Positions 39,342 to 49,596 of a stretch of 64,000 bases of DNA are shown piece by piece. The notes below the pieces were generated by a model, which saw only the letters and a list, made by a program, of their open reading frames with translations, was not told the DNA's origin and ran no database searches. Location: contig CAVVTZ010000005.1 of NCBI GenBank assembly GCA_963751275.1, positions 43,956 to 107,955 of the forward strand, given 5' to 3'. Source of the DNA: an uncultured Gemmatimonadaceae bacterium (GTDB taxonomy: Bacteria; Gemmatimonadota; Gemmatimonadetes; Gemmatimonadales; Gemmatimonadaceae). A program made the translations under genes and the position numbers. How positions within the stretch are numbered: position 1 is the stretch's first letter; each line of letters opens with the position of its first letter.

Positions 39342-41213
39342 CTATCGAAACTTACACCGCGAATCAAGAGAATCGGCAGGAATGGCCTTTCGGGCCGCCT
39401 TCAGGTACCCCGCCGGGCAGCCGACGATCGCCATCCAGGTGCGCGCGGTGCCATCGATCGCGCCATCCGGCGGCAGCGCCGGCTCGCCGAATTCATGGAC
39501 GAATTCGCGAGCCGCGAGCGTGTCCACGAGCGGCATGCCCGGCCCCACCCGTACAGCAGACGAGTCGGCCCGCACGAACGTCAGCCCGCGGAGCATCCAC
39601 TCGCCACCCGCCATCGCGCGCGTGGAAGAATCGGCGACGACGGTGAACGCGAGCGGACGCCCCCCGCCTCGCGCGTTCACGTCGAGCGAACGGAGCGGTT
39701 GCGTGCTGTCCGCGATCACGATCGCGTACCGGCGCGCGGTCTGCGCGCGATACCAGTCCTGATAGAGGAAACCCCAGAGGAGCACGGCGACATCCGGACG
39801 CTCGTGCTCCGCGATCTGCGCGTACCAGGAGAGGAACGTGTCGTCGTCCGCCGACGTGAGCAGCACGGCATTCCTGGGCGCGCCCCAGAGCATGGCGCGC
39901 GACACGGTGTGCGCCGCATCGCGCTCGACGCTCCGCGCACGGTCCATCGCGCTCCAATTGAGCGCGAGCGGCAGCGCGGCCACCGCGACGCCCACCATGG
40001 CCGCGCGTGGCGCGAACCTCCGCGCGAGCGCCACCGCGCCGATCCCCGCCCACGCGCCCCACGTCCAGAAGGCGAGCGCGAAGAAATAGTCGCGCTCGCG
40101 CACTTCGTGCCGCACATCGGCCGGGAGGATCCCGTAGCCGAGCGAATATCCGGGATAGAAGTTCAGATACGCGACAAGGCCAATGCTCGCGCCCACAAAG
40201 AGCACGAGGAACGCGAGCCAGCTGCGCCGGTCGAGCCGCCGGTGCGTCACCGATCCGAACACACCGAGTGCGATGAACAGCAGCGTGATCGCCGTTCTCG
40301 CGACCGCGGGCGCCGCGCGCGGCGCGAGGCTGAGCGCCACTTGCCAGTCCGCGTACTCGAAGAAGTTCACCAGCTGCAGCCACACGGGCGCGTTCCGCGG
40401 CCAGAGCGCGAACGATCCGAACTGCCGCCGCCCGATCACGTCCCACACCGCCTGCAGTGTGCGCGGGTCGTTCTCATTGAGCGCCGGATCATGCCGCGCT
40501 CTCAGCATGAGAATGAGGCACGCGGAGAGCGCGATGACGACAGAGAGCGCCGTGCGCCAGGAGCGCGAACGCAGGACGACGCCGAGGCCTAGCACCAGGC
40601 CTGCCGTCACGATCGGCCCGCTCGCCCGCCCCATGCCGATCGCGAGCACGAATACGCCACCCAGCAGCGCCATGGTCTCCCATCGCCAGCCGCCGCCGTT
40701 CTGTCGTCCCGCGAGTACGATCGCCGCCGGCGCCGCGACGAGCGCGCTCAAGTGCATCGGCACCGCGAGCGCCATCGCGTACGCCGTGAGCGCGACCCAT
40801 CTCGCATCGCCGTCGCGCCCCGCGCGCTCCGCCGCGAGCAGCATCGCCGTCGCGAGCAGCAACGCGGTGGCGTACGCCTCCGTCTCCGTGGCGCTCGACC
40901 ACACGGTGCTCATCCCCCCCGCGCAGAGGGCCGCCGCGAACGCCATCACCGCGTCCTTCGTGACGCGCGCGACGAACAGCGCGAGCGCGCCCGCCGCGAG
41001 CGCTGTCGCGAATCCGGAGAGCAGCGTGGCGGCGCGCGCCACCGGCACTGCGCCGAGCAGCACCACCCATGCGCGGCCGATGGTGATGTACAGCGGCGTC
41101 GCCGGCGGATGCGGGATCCCCCACGACGCCACCGCGGCGATGAATTCCCCGCTGTCCCAGAAGGTGACGCCCGGCAATGCGGTGGCCCAGTACGCGGCGG
41201 CGAGCACCGCCAC
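39342..41213 (-). CDS. DUF2723 polytopic membrane protein (GT-C-like); start uncertain
   Basis: TFWDSGEF, GIPHPP, ETEAY, EVRERDYFF, DDDTF. Confidence 0.75.
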   Translation of the reverse strand: MAVLAAAYWATALPGVTFWDSGEFIAAVASWGIPHPPATPLYITIGRAWVVLLGAVPVARAATLLSGFATALAAGALALFVARVTKDAVMAFAAALCAGGMSTVWSSATETEAYATALLLATAMLLAAERAGRDGDARWVALTAYAMALAVPMHLSALVAAPAAIVLAGRQNGGGWRWETMALLGGVFVLAIGMGRASGPIVTAGLVLGLGVVLRSRSWRTALSVVIALSACLILMLRARHDPALNENDPRTLQAVWDVIGRRQFGSFALWPRNAPVWLQLVNFFEYADWQVALSLAPRAAPAVARTAITLLFIALGVFGSVTHRRLDRRSWLAFLVLFVGASIGLVAYLNFYPGYSLGYGILPADVRHEVRERDYFFALAFWTWGAWAGIGAVALARRFAPRAAMVGVAVAALPLALNWSAMDRARSVERDAAHTVSRAMLWGAPRNAVLLTSADDDTFLSWYAQIAEHERPDVAVLLWGFLYQDWYRAQTARRYAIVIADSTQPLRSLDVNARGGGRPLAFTVVADSSTRAMAGGEWMLRGLTFVRADSSAVRVGPGMPLVDTLAAREFVHEFGEPALPPDGAIDGTARTWMAIVGCPAGYLKAARKAIPADSLDSRCKFR

Positions 41214-41251
41214 CGCCGCCGCAGCCGCGAGGGCCGCCGGCGACGGACGCG

Positions 41252-42052
41252 CTACGCGCGTAGCGACACCGCCGCCTGTTCGGCCGTCACGCGCGGCGTG
41301 ACACCGGACAACAGGCTCCGCAACTCCTCCGGCGTCACGTCGCGGCGCAGTCGTCCATGCTCCGCCACCGACACCTGGCGCGTCTCCTCGGACACGACGA
41401 TCGCGATCGCGTCGGTCTCCTCGCTCAAGCCCAGCGCGGCGCGATGTCGCGTGCCCAGCGTGCGATCCGTCGGGTCGTTCGCCGTGAGCGGCAGGATGCA
41501 GCCCGCGCCGATGATGGTGTCGCCGCGGATGATCACCGCGCCATCGTGCAGCGGCGAGTGCGGCGTGAAGATCGTTTCGAGCAGTCCCGCGGAGACCCGC
41601 GCGAGCACCGGCGTGCCCGTCAGCGCGTAATCGCCCAACCGCACCCCGCGCTCCACCGCGATCAGCGCGCCCGTGCCGGACTTGGCCAGCCGCTCCACCG
41701 CATCGGTCACCTGCGTCGCGATCTGGGTCGTCGCACGGCGGCGCAGCAATCGCATGGCGCGCGACTGCCCCAGATGCGCCAGCGCCGCGCGCAATTCGGG
41801 CTGGAAGAGCACGAGCGCCGCGAACGCACCGTACGTGAAGACGATCCCCAGTAGATAGGTGATCATCGTCAGCTTGAAGATCCAGGCGAACGCGTACGCG
41901 AGCACCAACACGACGATCCCCACCAGCATCTGCAGCGCGCGCGTGCCCTCGAACAGCAGCAGCAGCCGGTAGATCACGAGCGCCGCGACACCGATCTCGA
42001 TCAGGTCGCGCCAGCTGAAGCTCAGAAAGCGCAGCATCGCGAATCCGCTCAC
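41252..42052 (-). CDS. cdaA: Diadenylate cyclase, CdaA type
   Basis: Three TMs, FQPELR, PLHDGA, GTRHRAA, VSEET. Confidence 0.93.
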   Translation of the reverse strand: MSGFAMLRFLSFSWRDLIEIGVAALVIYRLLLLFEGTRALQMLVGIVVLVLAYAFAWIFKLTMITYLLGIVFTYGAFAALVLFQPELRAALAHLGQSRAMRLLRRRATTQIATQVTDAVERLAKSGTGALIAVERGVRLGDYALTGTPVLARVSAGLLETIFTPHSPLHDGAVIIRGDTIIGAGCILPLTANDPTDRTLGTRHRAALGLSEETDAIAIVVSEETRQVSVAEHGRLRRDVTPEELRSLLSGVTPRVTAEQAAVSLRA

Positions 42053-42921
42053 GCGCCGCCCCCCGCCTGCAGCACTGACCACGCCACGTCCAGTGCGCGG
42101 CGCGCCGCGAGCACGTCGTGCACGCGGAACACACGCGCCCCCGCGGCCAGGCCGAGCACGTTCACGGCGTTGGTGCCCTCCGCGCGCTGCGACGGATCAT
42201 CACCCGGCGTGCCCACCACGCGCTTGCGCGACACGCCGAGCACGAGCGGATAGCCCAGCGCCGCGAACTCGCGCAGATGCGCGAGCAGCGCCAGCGAGTG
42301 CTCGGGGCGCTTCGAGAATCCGATGCCGGGATCCACCGCGATCGCCGTCGCCGCCACGCCCGCGCGCTCGGCGAGCGCCACGCGCGCGACCAGCTCGCCG
42401 ATCACCTCGGTCACCACGCGGTCGTAATGCGCGTGCTCGTACGTGGACATGTCGCTCACGGTGCCGCGCGAATGCATCACGATCACGCCGGCGCCGCTCT
42501 TCGCGCATACGTCCGCCATGCGCTTGTCCAACCGCAGCCCCGACACGTCGTTCACGATGTCCGCGCCGGCGGCGAGCGACGCCTCCGCGACATCCGCCTT
42601 CACCGTGTCCACCGAGAGCGGCAGATCGGGGAATCGCGCCCGCACGCGCTCGATCACCGGCAGCACGCGCTGCGATTCCTCCGCGGCGCTCACGGCCTTC
42701 GCTCCCTGCGGCCGCGTACTCTCGCCGCCGATGTCGAGCATGTCGGCGCCCTCCGCCACCATCCGCCCGGCGTGCGCGAGCGCGGCGTCGGGCGCGAGGA
42801 AAGTCCCGCCGTCGCTGAAGCTGTCCGGCGTCACGTTGAGGATCCCGAGAATGAACGGCCGGTCGAGGCGGAGCGCGCGGCCGCGCATGACCCAGGCCGC
42901 GCGCTCGCCCACGTGCGTCAC
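42049..42921 (-). CDS. folP: Dihydropteroate synthase
   Basis: ILNVTPDSFSDGG, GGESTRP, DPGIGF, SRKR, RVHDV. Confidence 0.96.
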   Translation of the reverse strand: MTHVGERAAWVMRGRALRLDRPFILGILNVTPDSFSDGGTFLAPDAALAHAGRMVAEGADMLDIGGESTRPQGAKAVSAAEESQRVLPVIERVRARFPDLPLSVDTVKADVAEASLAAGADIVNDVSGLRLDKRMADVCAKSGAGVIVMHSRGTVSDMSTYEHAHYDRVVTEVIGELVARVALAERAGVAATAIAVDPGIGFSKRPEHSLALLAHLREFAALGYPLVLGVSRKRVVGTPGDDPSQRAEGTNAVNVLGLAAGARVFRVHDVLAARRALDVAWSVLQAGGGA

Positions 42922-44921
42922 GCGGGCGCGACCTCGGGGCCGCCGAGCAGCCCGGGCTTGGGCTTCGCCACGATGGGAGCCGCCGGCGGTGCGGCCGACA
43001 CCGGTCCCGCCGGCCGCGGCGGCAGCGGCGGCAACATGCCGCCCTTCACGAGGATCTCGATGTCCTCGCTCGTGAGCGTCTCGCGCTCCAGCAGCGCCTC
43101 CGCCATGCGGCGGTGGAGATCCGCGTTCTCCGTGAGCACGCGGCGCGCGCGCTCGTACGCCTCGCCGAGCAGACGCGTCACCTCGGCGTCCACGATCTGC
43201 GCCGTCTTCTCCGACACCTCGCGCCGATGCCCCATGTCGCGGCCGAGGAAGACTTCCTGTTCGTTGTCGCCCACGAGGATCGGGCCGATCGCCTCGGAAA
43301 GTCCCCACTGGCTCACATAGCGCCGTGCGAGCGACGTCACCATCTGGATGTCGCTCTGCGCGCCGGTGGTCACGTTGTCCTGGCCGAAGGTGAGTTCCTC
43401 CGCCACGCGGCCGCCGTAGCCCATGACCATCCGCGCGAGCAGCTGCTTCCGCGAGATGGAGTAGCGATCCTCGGACGGCAGCGTGACCGCCACGCCGAGC
43501 GCGCGCCCGCGCGGCATGATCGTGACCTTGTGCATCGGGTCGTTGCCCGGCGTCATGATCGCGCACACCGCGTGCCCCGCTTCGTGGTACGCGGTCATCT
43601 TCTTCGTCTCGGCGTTCATCACCATCGACTTGCGCTCGGCGCCGAGCATGACCTTGTCCTTCGCTTCCTCGAGATCGGCCGGGTACACCTTGTCGTGATT
43701 GTGCCGCGCCGCGAGCAGCGCCGCTTCGTTCACGAGGTTCGCCAGATCGGCGCCCGACATGCCGGGCGTGCCCCGCGCGATGATGCCCACTTCCACATCC
43801 TCGCTCACCGGCACCTTGCGCAGATGCACCTTCAGGATCTCCTCGCGGCCGCGCAGGTCGGGGAGATCCACGATCACCTGGCGGTCGAAGCGTCCCGGGC
43901 GCAGCAGCGCGGGATCGAGCACATCGGGGCGGTTGGTGGCCGCGATGAGGATCACGCCTTCGTTCGACTCGAAGCCGTCCATTTCCACGAGCAGCTGGTT
44001 GAGCGTCTGCTCGCGTTCGTCGTGCCCGCCGCCGAGTCCGGCGCCGCGATGCCGGCCCACCGCGTCGATCTCATCGATGAAGATGATGCACGGCGCGTGT
44101 GCCTTCCCCTGCTCGAACAGGTCGCGCACGCGGCTCGCGCCGACGCCCACGAACATCTCGACGAAATCGGATCCCGACATGGAGAAGAACGGCCGCCCCG
44201 CTTCGCCGGCCACGGCGCGCGCGAGCAGCGTCTTGCCCGTGCCCGGCGATCCGACGAGCAGCACGCCCTTGGGCAGGCGGCCGCCGAGCCGCGTGAACTT
44301 CTGCGGATCCTTCAGGAACTCGATGATCTCCTGCAGCTCTTCCTTCGCCTCTTCCACGCCCGCGACATCGAGGAAGGTGACCTTCGGCGACTCGCCGCTG
44401 AGCAGCTTCGCCTTGCTCTTCCCGAAGCTGAACGCCTTCGCGCCTCCCGCCTGCATCTGGCGGATGATGTAGATCCAGAGGCCGAACATCAGCAGGATCG
44501 CGAGCGGCATCAGGTACGTGCCGATCCCCTGGCGCCCTTCGGCCGAGCGCACGCTCACGTTCTTGTTGCGGAGCCGCTCGGATTCCTTGGGATCGTTCGC
44601 CACCGGCAGCCGCACGATGAACTTCGACACATCGCGCGCCGCCACCTTGTCGTGCGCGGGCACGTGCACCTTCGTGCGGAAATCGCCGGTGATCAGCTTG
44701 CCGTCCTCGATCGTCACGGCGCTGATGTTATCGGCGTCGAGCTGCTGACTGTACGTCGAATAGTCGACCTCGGTCGCGGTCTCGCGGCTCGCCCAGCTCC
44801 ACTGGTAGAGCACGATGGCGACGATGACCATGAGCAGCCAGAACGAGAGCGTCTTGGAGAAACGCCCCCAATCGAAATCGCGGGAGGGTGGTGTGCGCGG
44901 AGTTGGTGTGCGGTCGGCCAT
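42918..44921 (-). CDS. ftsH: ATP-dependent zinc metalloprotease
   Basis: Two TMs, [26 protein letters not shown]. Confidence 0.98.
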   Translation of the reverse strand: MADRTPTPRTPPSRDFDWGRFSKTLSFWLLMVIVAIVLYQWSWASRETATEVDYSTYSQQLDADNISAVTIEDGKLITGDFRTKVHVPAHDKVAARDVSKFIVRLPVANDPKESERLRNKNVSVRSAEGRQGIGTYLMPLAILLMFGLWIYIIRQMQAGGAKAFSFGKSKAKLLSGESPKVTFLDVAGVEEAKEELQEIIEFLKDPQKFTRLGGRLPKGVLLVGSPGTGKTLLARAVAGEAGRPFFSMSGSDFVEMFVGVGASRVRDLFEQGKAHAPCIIFIDEIDAVGRHRGAGLGGGHDEREQTLNQLLVEMDGFESNEGVILIAATNRPDVLDPALLRPGRFDRQVIVDLPDLRGREEILKVHLRKVPVSEDVEVGIIARGTPGMSGADLANLVNEAALLAARHNHDKVYPADLEEAKDKVMLGAERKSMVMNAETKKMTAYHEAGHAVCAIMTPGNDPMHKVTIMPRGRALGVAVTLPSEDRYSISRKQLLARMVMGYGGRVAEELTFGQDNVTTGAQSDIQMVTSLARRYVSQWGLSEAIGPILVGDNEQEVFLGRDMGHRREVSEKTAQIVDAEVTRLLGEAYERARRVLTENADLHRRMAEALLERETLTSEDIEILVKGGMLPPLPPRPAGPVSAAPPAAPIVAKPKPGLLGGPEVAPA

Positions 44922-45475
44922 TACTTCAGACTCGCGATATAGGGCAAGTGACGGAAATCCTCAGCGTGATCCAGCCCGTAGCCCACGAGGAACTCGTTGG
45001 GTGCATCGAACCCCACGTAGCGCACAGGGTGCCGCAGGTGCTCGGCGATGTGCTTGTGGAGCAGCGCGCAGATCGCCAGCGATTTGGGCTGGCGGGTGGC
45101 GAGCCGGTCCCACAGGACGCCGATGGTACGCCCTGAATCTACTATGTCTTCCACCAAAATGATGTGCTTTCCCGACAAATCGGTCTCGGGGTCGTAGACC
45201 ATTTGGACGTCACCGCTGGATGCCATGGCGTGGCCATAGCTCGACGCGACGACGAAATCGACCTGGATGGGCCGGTGAATCTCGCGCACGAGGTCGCCGA
45301 GGAAGATGAAGCTCCCCTTGAGCAGCCCCAGCACGAGCAGCGGACTGTCCGGATAGTCGGCCGTGATCGCGGCGCCCAGTTCGCGCACACGATGCGCGAT
45401 CGCCGGCGCATCGTAGACGATCCGGCGCACGGCACGGCCAGCGAGACGGGGATCAGCGGTCGTCGAGAGGTTCAC
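44921..45475 (-). CDS. hpt: Hypoxanthine phosphoribosyltransferase
   Basis: LLKGS, VEDIVDSGRT, FLVGYGLD. Confidence 0.95.
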   Translation of the reverse strand: MNLSTTADPRLAGRAVRRIVYDAPAIAHRVRELGAAITADYPDSPLLVLGLLKGSFIFLGDLVREIHRPIQVDFVVASSYGHAMASSGDVQMVYDPETDLSGKHIILVEDIVDSGRTIGVLWDRLATRQPKSLAICALLHKHIAEHLRHPVRYVGFDAPNEFLVGYGLDHAEDFRHLPYIASLK

Positions 45476-46748
45476 AGAAGTATCGCACCACCGGCCGTCC
45501 GGACCGGGCGGTCGCCGCGAGACTGCGGCGTACTCCGGGGATCCATACGATCTCCTCGCCGGCGAGCACCACCGGCCAACCCGCGCGGCGGCCGGCATTG
45601 ATGCCGGCGTCGCGCAGCAACCCCTTCACCTTGCGCGGCGCATCGGCGCCCAGCGGCGTCATCCGGTCGCCCGGCCGCCACGGCCGCGCTACGAGAGAAA
45701 CCCCCAAGGGCAGCTCCGCGTTCCAGAGCGAGTCGCCGCCATCCGCCGCGCGGCGGAATCGCCACCCACCCATCGCGATCGCATCGCCCGCGAGCGGTAC
45801 CTGCCGTCCGCCGTCCACCGTCGCCCGTGCTGTTCGGAGCACTACCGTTCCGCGATGCAGGAGCGCCTCGAATCCACCGGACAACTGGATCCGTGCACCC
45901 GCCTTCCCCTCGCGCGTCAGCGCCGCGAGGCGCCCGGCACCCCGCCGGTCCAGCGCGATGCCGCTCCGCGCGGCGATGGCCGGCCAGAGCAAGGCGAGTC
46001 CTTTCGCATCATAGCGGACAAGCGGATCGCGGGCAACCAGCGTGACGCGTCCATCCGACGTCACCGGCAGCACGTTCGCGGCGAAGTGCTCCACCTCGCG
46101 GCGGAGTTCCGCGGCGCGCTCCGAGAGCCGCAGCATGTCGAGCGAGAAGCCCGGCCGCGCACGCTCGAGTGCGGGGCGCAGATCCAGGCGGATCCGGTTG
46201 CGCAGATGGCGGCGCGAGACGTTCGTCGGATCCTCCATCCACCGCAGGTCGTGGGAGCGTGCGTACGCGAGCACCGCCTCCCCGTCGCACACGAGGAGCG
46301 GACGCAGCACGGGCGATTCGGCGTACAACCCGGCGAGACCGCGCGCGCCGCTGCCGCGCAGGATGCGCATGAGCACGGTCTCGATCTGATCCTCTCGCGT
46401 ATGCGCGGTGGTCACCGCTGCGCCGAGCTCCGCGGCCACGCTGCGCAGGAACGCCCACCGCGCGGCGCGCCACGCCGCTTCCGTGCGCGCCGCGGCCTTC
46501 GCGCGGCCGCGCCGCACTGGCAGCCCCAGCGCCTTCGCCTCGCGCGCGACCATCTCGGCTGCCCGCGTCGCCGCGGCGCCGGTGCCGTGATCGAAGGTCG
46601 CGACCGCCGTCACGAGGCTGGGATGTTCGCGCGCCATCGCCTGCATCAGCACCATTGAATCCCGCCCGCCCGAGATCGCGAGCACGACCGGCGCGCCGGG
46701 CGCGAACCGGCCGATCGCCTCCTCCACTGTCCGTCGCGAGTCGGTCAC
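45453..46748 (-). CDS. tilS: tRNA(Ile)-lysidine synthase
   Basis: SGGRDS, AHTREDQIET, RPLL, EDPTN..RNRIR. Confidence 0.93.
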   Translation of the reverse strand: MTDSRRTVEEAIGRFAPGAPVVLAISGGRDSMVLMQAMAREHPSLVTAVATFDHGTGAAATRAAEMVAREAKALGLPVRRGRAKAAARTEAAWRAARWAFLRSVAAELGAAVTTAHTREDQIETVLMRILRGSGARGLAGLYAESPVLRPLLVCDGEAVLAYARSHDLRWMEDPTNVSRRHLRNRIRLDLRPALERARPGFSLDMLRLSERAAELRREVEHFAANVLPVTSDGRVTLVARDPLVRYDAKGLALLWPAIAARSGIALDRRGAGRLAALTREGKAGARIQLSGGFEALLHRGTVVLRTARATVDGGRQVPLAGDAIAMGGWRFRRAADGGDSLWNAELPLGVSLVARPWRPGDRMTPLGADAPRKVKGLLRDAGINAGRRAGWPVVLAGEEIVWIPGVRRSLAATARSGRPVVRYFCEPLDDR

Positions 46749-46864
46749 AACTACCAACCTACGCGCTCCACCCCTCCCGCTCCACTGGCGCGGCAATGCC
46801 ATCCAACCCTACATTTCCCCCGTCGGTATCGAAGCCATCTTCCGTCAGCCTCCTCTCCGTGGAT

Positions 46865-47047
46865 ATGGAAACTTCCGGCACGCTTGGCACACTGTGGGTC
46901 GGTCTCGGCCTCGGCGGATTCTACATCGCGCTCATCTGGGTGAACACGCTCCTCGGCATGGTGCTGACCCCGCTTTTCCTGCTGCCCGCCACCTTCTTGA
47001 TGGACAAGAAGAAGAAGGCCGGATCGGCCGCGCCCGGAAAGCACTGA
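46865..47047 (+). CDS. Small membrane protein (60 aa)
   Basis: Two hydrophobic segments plus KKKK tail; codon usage GC3-like. Confidence 0.55.
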   Translation: METSGTLGTLWVGLGLGGFYIALIWVNTLLGMVLTPLFLLPATFLMDKKKKAGSAAPGKH

Positions 47048-47140
47048 CACCACCGCCACCGCGATTCTCGTAGTGCATAGCGGGGCGGGCGTTACTGTCC
47101 GCCCCGTTCGTCGTTTTCTACCCAACCGGCACAGGAGCGC

Positions 47141-47743
47141 ATGCGCATGCTGATCCTCATCGGCGTCATCGTCATCGTCGGTTTCTGGTTCGTCAGCGCC
47201 TACAACGGGCTGATCTCGCTCAAGAACCAGGTGGCCAACGCGTGGAAGCAGATCGACGTCCAGCTCAAACGGCGGCATGATCTCATTCCGAACCTCATCG
47301 AGTCCGTGAAGGGCGCGATGAATTTCGAGAAGTCCACGCTCGAGGCGGTCGTCCAGGCGCGCAACACGGCGATCGCGGCCGGCACGGGCGGCGGCGCGGG
47401 GCTCCCGAACGCCCAGCAGGTGCAGCAGACCGCCGCCGCCGAGGGGCAGCTCACCGGCGCGCTCGGCCGCCTGTTCGCCGTGGTGGAAGCCTACCCCGAT
47501 CTCAAGGCGACCGGGAACATCAAGGCGCTCCAGGAGGAGCTGACGAGCACCGAGAACAAGATCGCGTTCTCGCGCCAGCTCTACAATGACACGGCCACCG
47601 AGTACAACACCAAGCAGCAGCAGTTCCCGACGAGCCTCGTGGCGGGGATGGCCGGCGCGAGCGCGGCGTCGCTGTGGGAGATCACGGACGCGGCGGAGCG
47701 CGAGGTGGTGAAGGTCGATCTGGGGATGAATCCCAAGTCGTGA
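47141..47743 (+). CDS. lemA: LemA family protein
   Basis: IDVQLKRRHDLIPNL, EAYPDLKA, TENKIAFSRQLYN. Confidence 0.95.
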   Translation: MRMLILIGVIVIVGFWFVSAYNGLISLKNQVANAWKQIDVQLKRRHDLIPNLIESVKGAMNFEKSTLEAVVQARNTAIAAGTGGGAGLPNAQQVQQTAAAEGQLTGALGRLFAVVEAYPDLKATGNIKALQEELTSTENKIAFSRQLYNDTATEYNTKQQQFPTSLVAGMAGASAASLWEITDAAEREVVKVDLGMNPKS

Positions 47744-48786
47744 GCGACGAACCGGTCAATCTCTTCGCCCAGCAGGCCGCGAACCGCCGGCGGTCCAAGT
47801 GGCTGGTGATCTGGTTCGTGATGTTCTTCCTCTGGCTCGGCTTCGGCGCCGACGCCATCCAGTACTGGATGGCGAAGAGCGCGCATCCCGACCGGCCGGC
47901 GCATTTCTCGCCGGTGTTCGGGATCATCCTCGGCTTGATCGCGATGGCCTTCGCGTGGTCGGCGTGGAAGAACGGACCGCGGCGCGTGCTGGCCGCCACC
48001 AACGCGCGCGAAGTCATCGATCCGCAGACGCCCGAGGAGAAACAGCTGGTGAACGTCGTGGAAGAGATGGCCGTCGCGTCGGGCATCCCGCGGCCGCGCA
48101 TCTGGATCGTGCCGGATCCGGATCCCAACGCGTTCGCGACGGGGCACGATGAGCAGGGCGCCAACATCGCGGTGACGCAGGGGCTGCTCGGCACGCTCTC
48201 ACGCGATGAGCTGCAGGCGGTGATCGGTCACGAGATGGGCCACATCAAGAATCTCGACGTGCGGCTGATGACCCTGCTCGCCGCGTTGGTTGGCGCGATC
48301 GCGCTCGTGGCGCAGGGATCCATGCGCATGGGGATCCTGCCGGGCGGCAGCAGCGGCAGCCGCGACCGGAATGACAGCAAGAGCGACAACTCCGGCCTGG
48401 GCATGATCCTGATGGTGCTCTGGGTGGTGAGCTGGATCCTGGCGCCGATCATCGTGCGCGCGCTCGCGCTGGGTGTGAGCCGTGACCGCGAGTATCTCGC
48501 CGACGCGATGAGCGCGCAGTTCACGCGCAATCCGGGTTCGCTCGCGAGCGCGCTCGAGAAGATCGACGCCGCGAGCGAGCCCACGAAGGCGATCCCGAGC
48601 GGAACGGCGCATCTCTGCATCGCCGATCCGCTCGGCCGGAGCGTGAACGACCGCCAGGGATTCCTGTCCAACGTCTTCGGCACGCACCCGCCGATCGCGA
48701 TGCGCATCGCGCGGCTGAAGGCGATGGCCTACCAGGAGATGAAGCGCACCGGCACCTTCGTTCCTCCGGACGCCGCTACGGCGTGA
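47740..48786 (+). CDS. htpX: M48 zinc protease, HtpX-like
   Basis: PNAFATG, HEMGH, SRDREYLAD, THPP; GTG start overlaps lemA stop. Confidence 0.88.
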   Translation: MSDEPVNLFAQQAANRRRSKWLVIWFVMFFLWLGFGADAIQYWMAKSAHPDRPAHFSPVFGIILGLIAMAFAWSAWKNGPRRVLAATNAREVIDPQTPEEKQLVNVVEEMAVASGIPRPRIWIVPDPDPNAFATGHDEQGANIAVTQGLLGTLSRDELQAVIGHEMGHIKNLDVRLMTLLAALVGAIALVAQGSMRMGILPGGSSGSRDRNDSKSDNSGLGMILMVLWVVSWILAPIIVRALALGVSRDREYLADAMSAQFTRNPGSLASALEKIDAASEPTKAIPSGTAHLCIADPLGRSVNDRQGFLSNVFGTHPPIAMRIARLKAMAYQEMKRTGTFVPPDAATA

Positions 48787-49462
48787 GCCGGAAGCTGAAC
48801 TCCTGACGGACCAGGATGCGCACGCGGTGGCCGTTGGTCGCCGCGGGAATGAAGCGCCAGGTCGATAGCGCGCGGCGCGCGGACGCCTCGAACAGATCAT
48901 CGCCGCCGCTCTCGAAGGTGACGCTCGCCGGTTCCACGTGGCCAAGCGTGTCCACTACGAACCGGGCGACCACCGCGCCGGCGACGCGCAAGTTGCGCAG
49001 TATCGGCGGGTAGACAGGAGGCGCGTTGCCGCTGAGCGGATGCGCGAGCTGGTCAGCGGTCTCGTAGATGCAGTCCACGCAGCCGCTCTCGCCGGTGCCG
49101 GGGCCCGAGCCGGTGGCGCCGCCTGGTGTGCCGATCGGAAACGCGATCGGCGGGACGTCCGGATCTGCGCCCGTGCCAATGACCGGTGTGACCGCCGGGT
49201 CCGGGATGTTCGGGATCCGGATGCAATCGACGCAGCGCGGCGGCGGCGTGCCCGGCGCGACCGCACCACGAGGCGGCGTGGGCGTGATCGGTGTGTAGAT
49301 GATGCCTGTCGGCGTGACCGCAACGTGGGCATTCGCCGCCGCGGCGCCGAGCGTCGCCCACGTCACCCCGCCGATCAGGACGACGTGCGCGGCGACGCTC
49401 GCCGCCGTCCCGAACGCGCTCCGCTCGCGCGCCCGCTTCGATTCGATCAGTCCCGTGAACAT
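48776..49462 (-). CDS. TonB-like energy transducer
   Basis: TM with S..H, Pro-rich linker, C-terminal YP..FVVDTLG..WRFIPA. Confidence 0.85.
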   Translation of the reverse strand: MFTGLIESKRARERSAFGTAASVAAHVVLIGGVTWATLGAAAANAHVAVTPTGIIYTPITPTPPRGAVAPGTPPPRCVDCIRIPNIPDPAVTPVIGTGADPDVPPIAFPIGTPGGATGSGPGTGESGCVDCIYETADQLAHPLSGNAPPVYPPILRNLRVAGAVVARFVVDTLGHVEPASVTFESGGDDLFEASARRALSTWRFIPAATNGHRVRILVRQEFSFRLTP

Positions 49463-49596
49463 GTGCGGTCTCCCGCGCTGAGGTGTGAGTCACAGTCCCC
49501 AGTGTGAGAGTACCGCGCACGGGTTTCACCCTCGTGACGGCCGGATTACGTGAGGCTCGCGAACGGATTACGTTCGCGTGAAGCGGCGCCGGAGCG

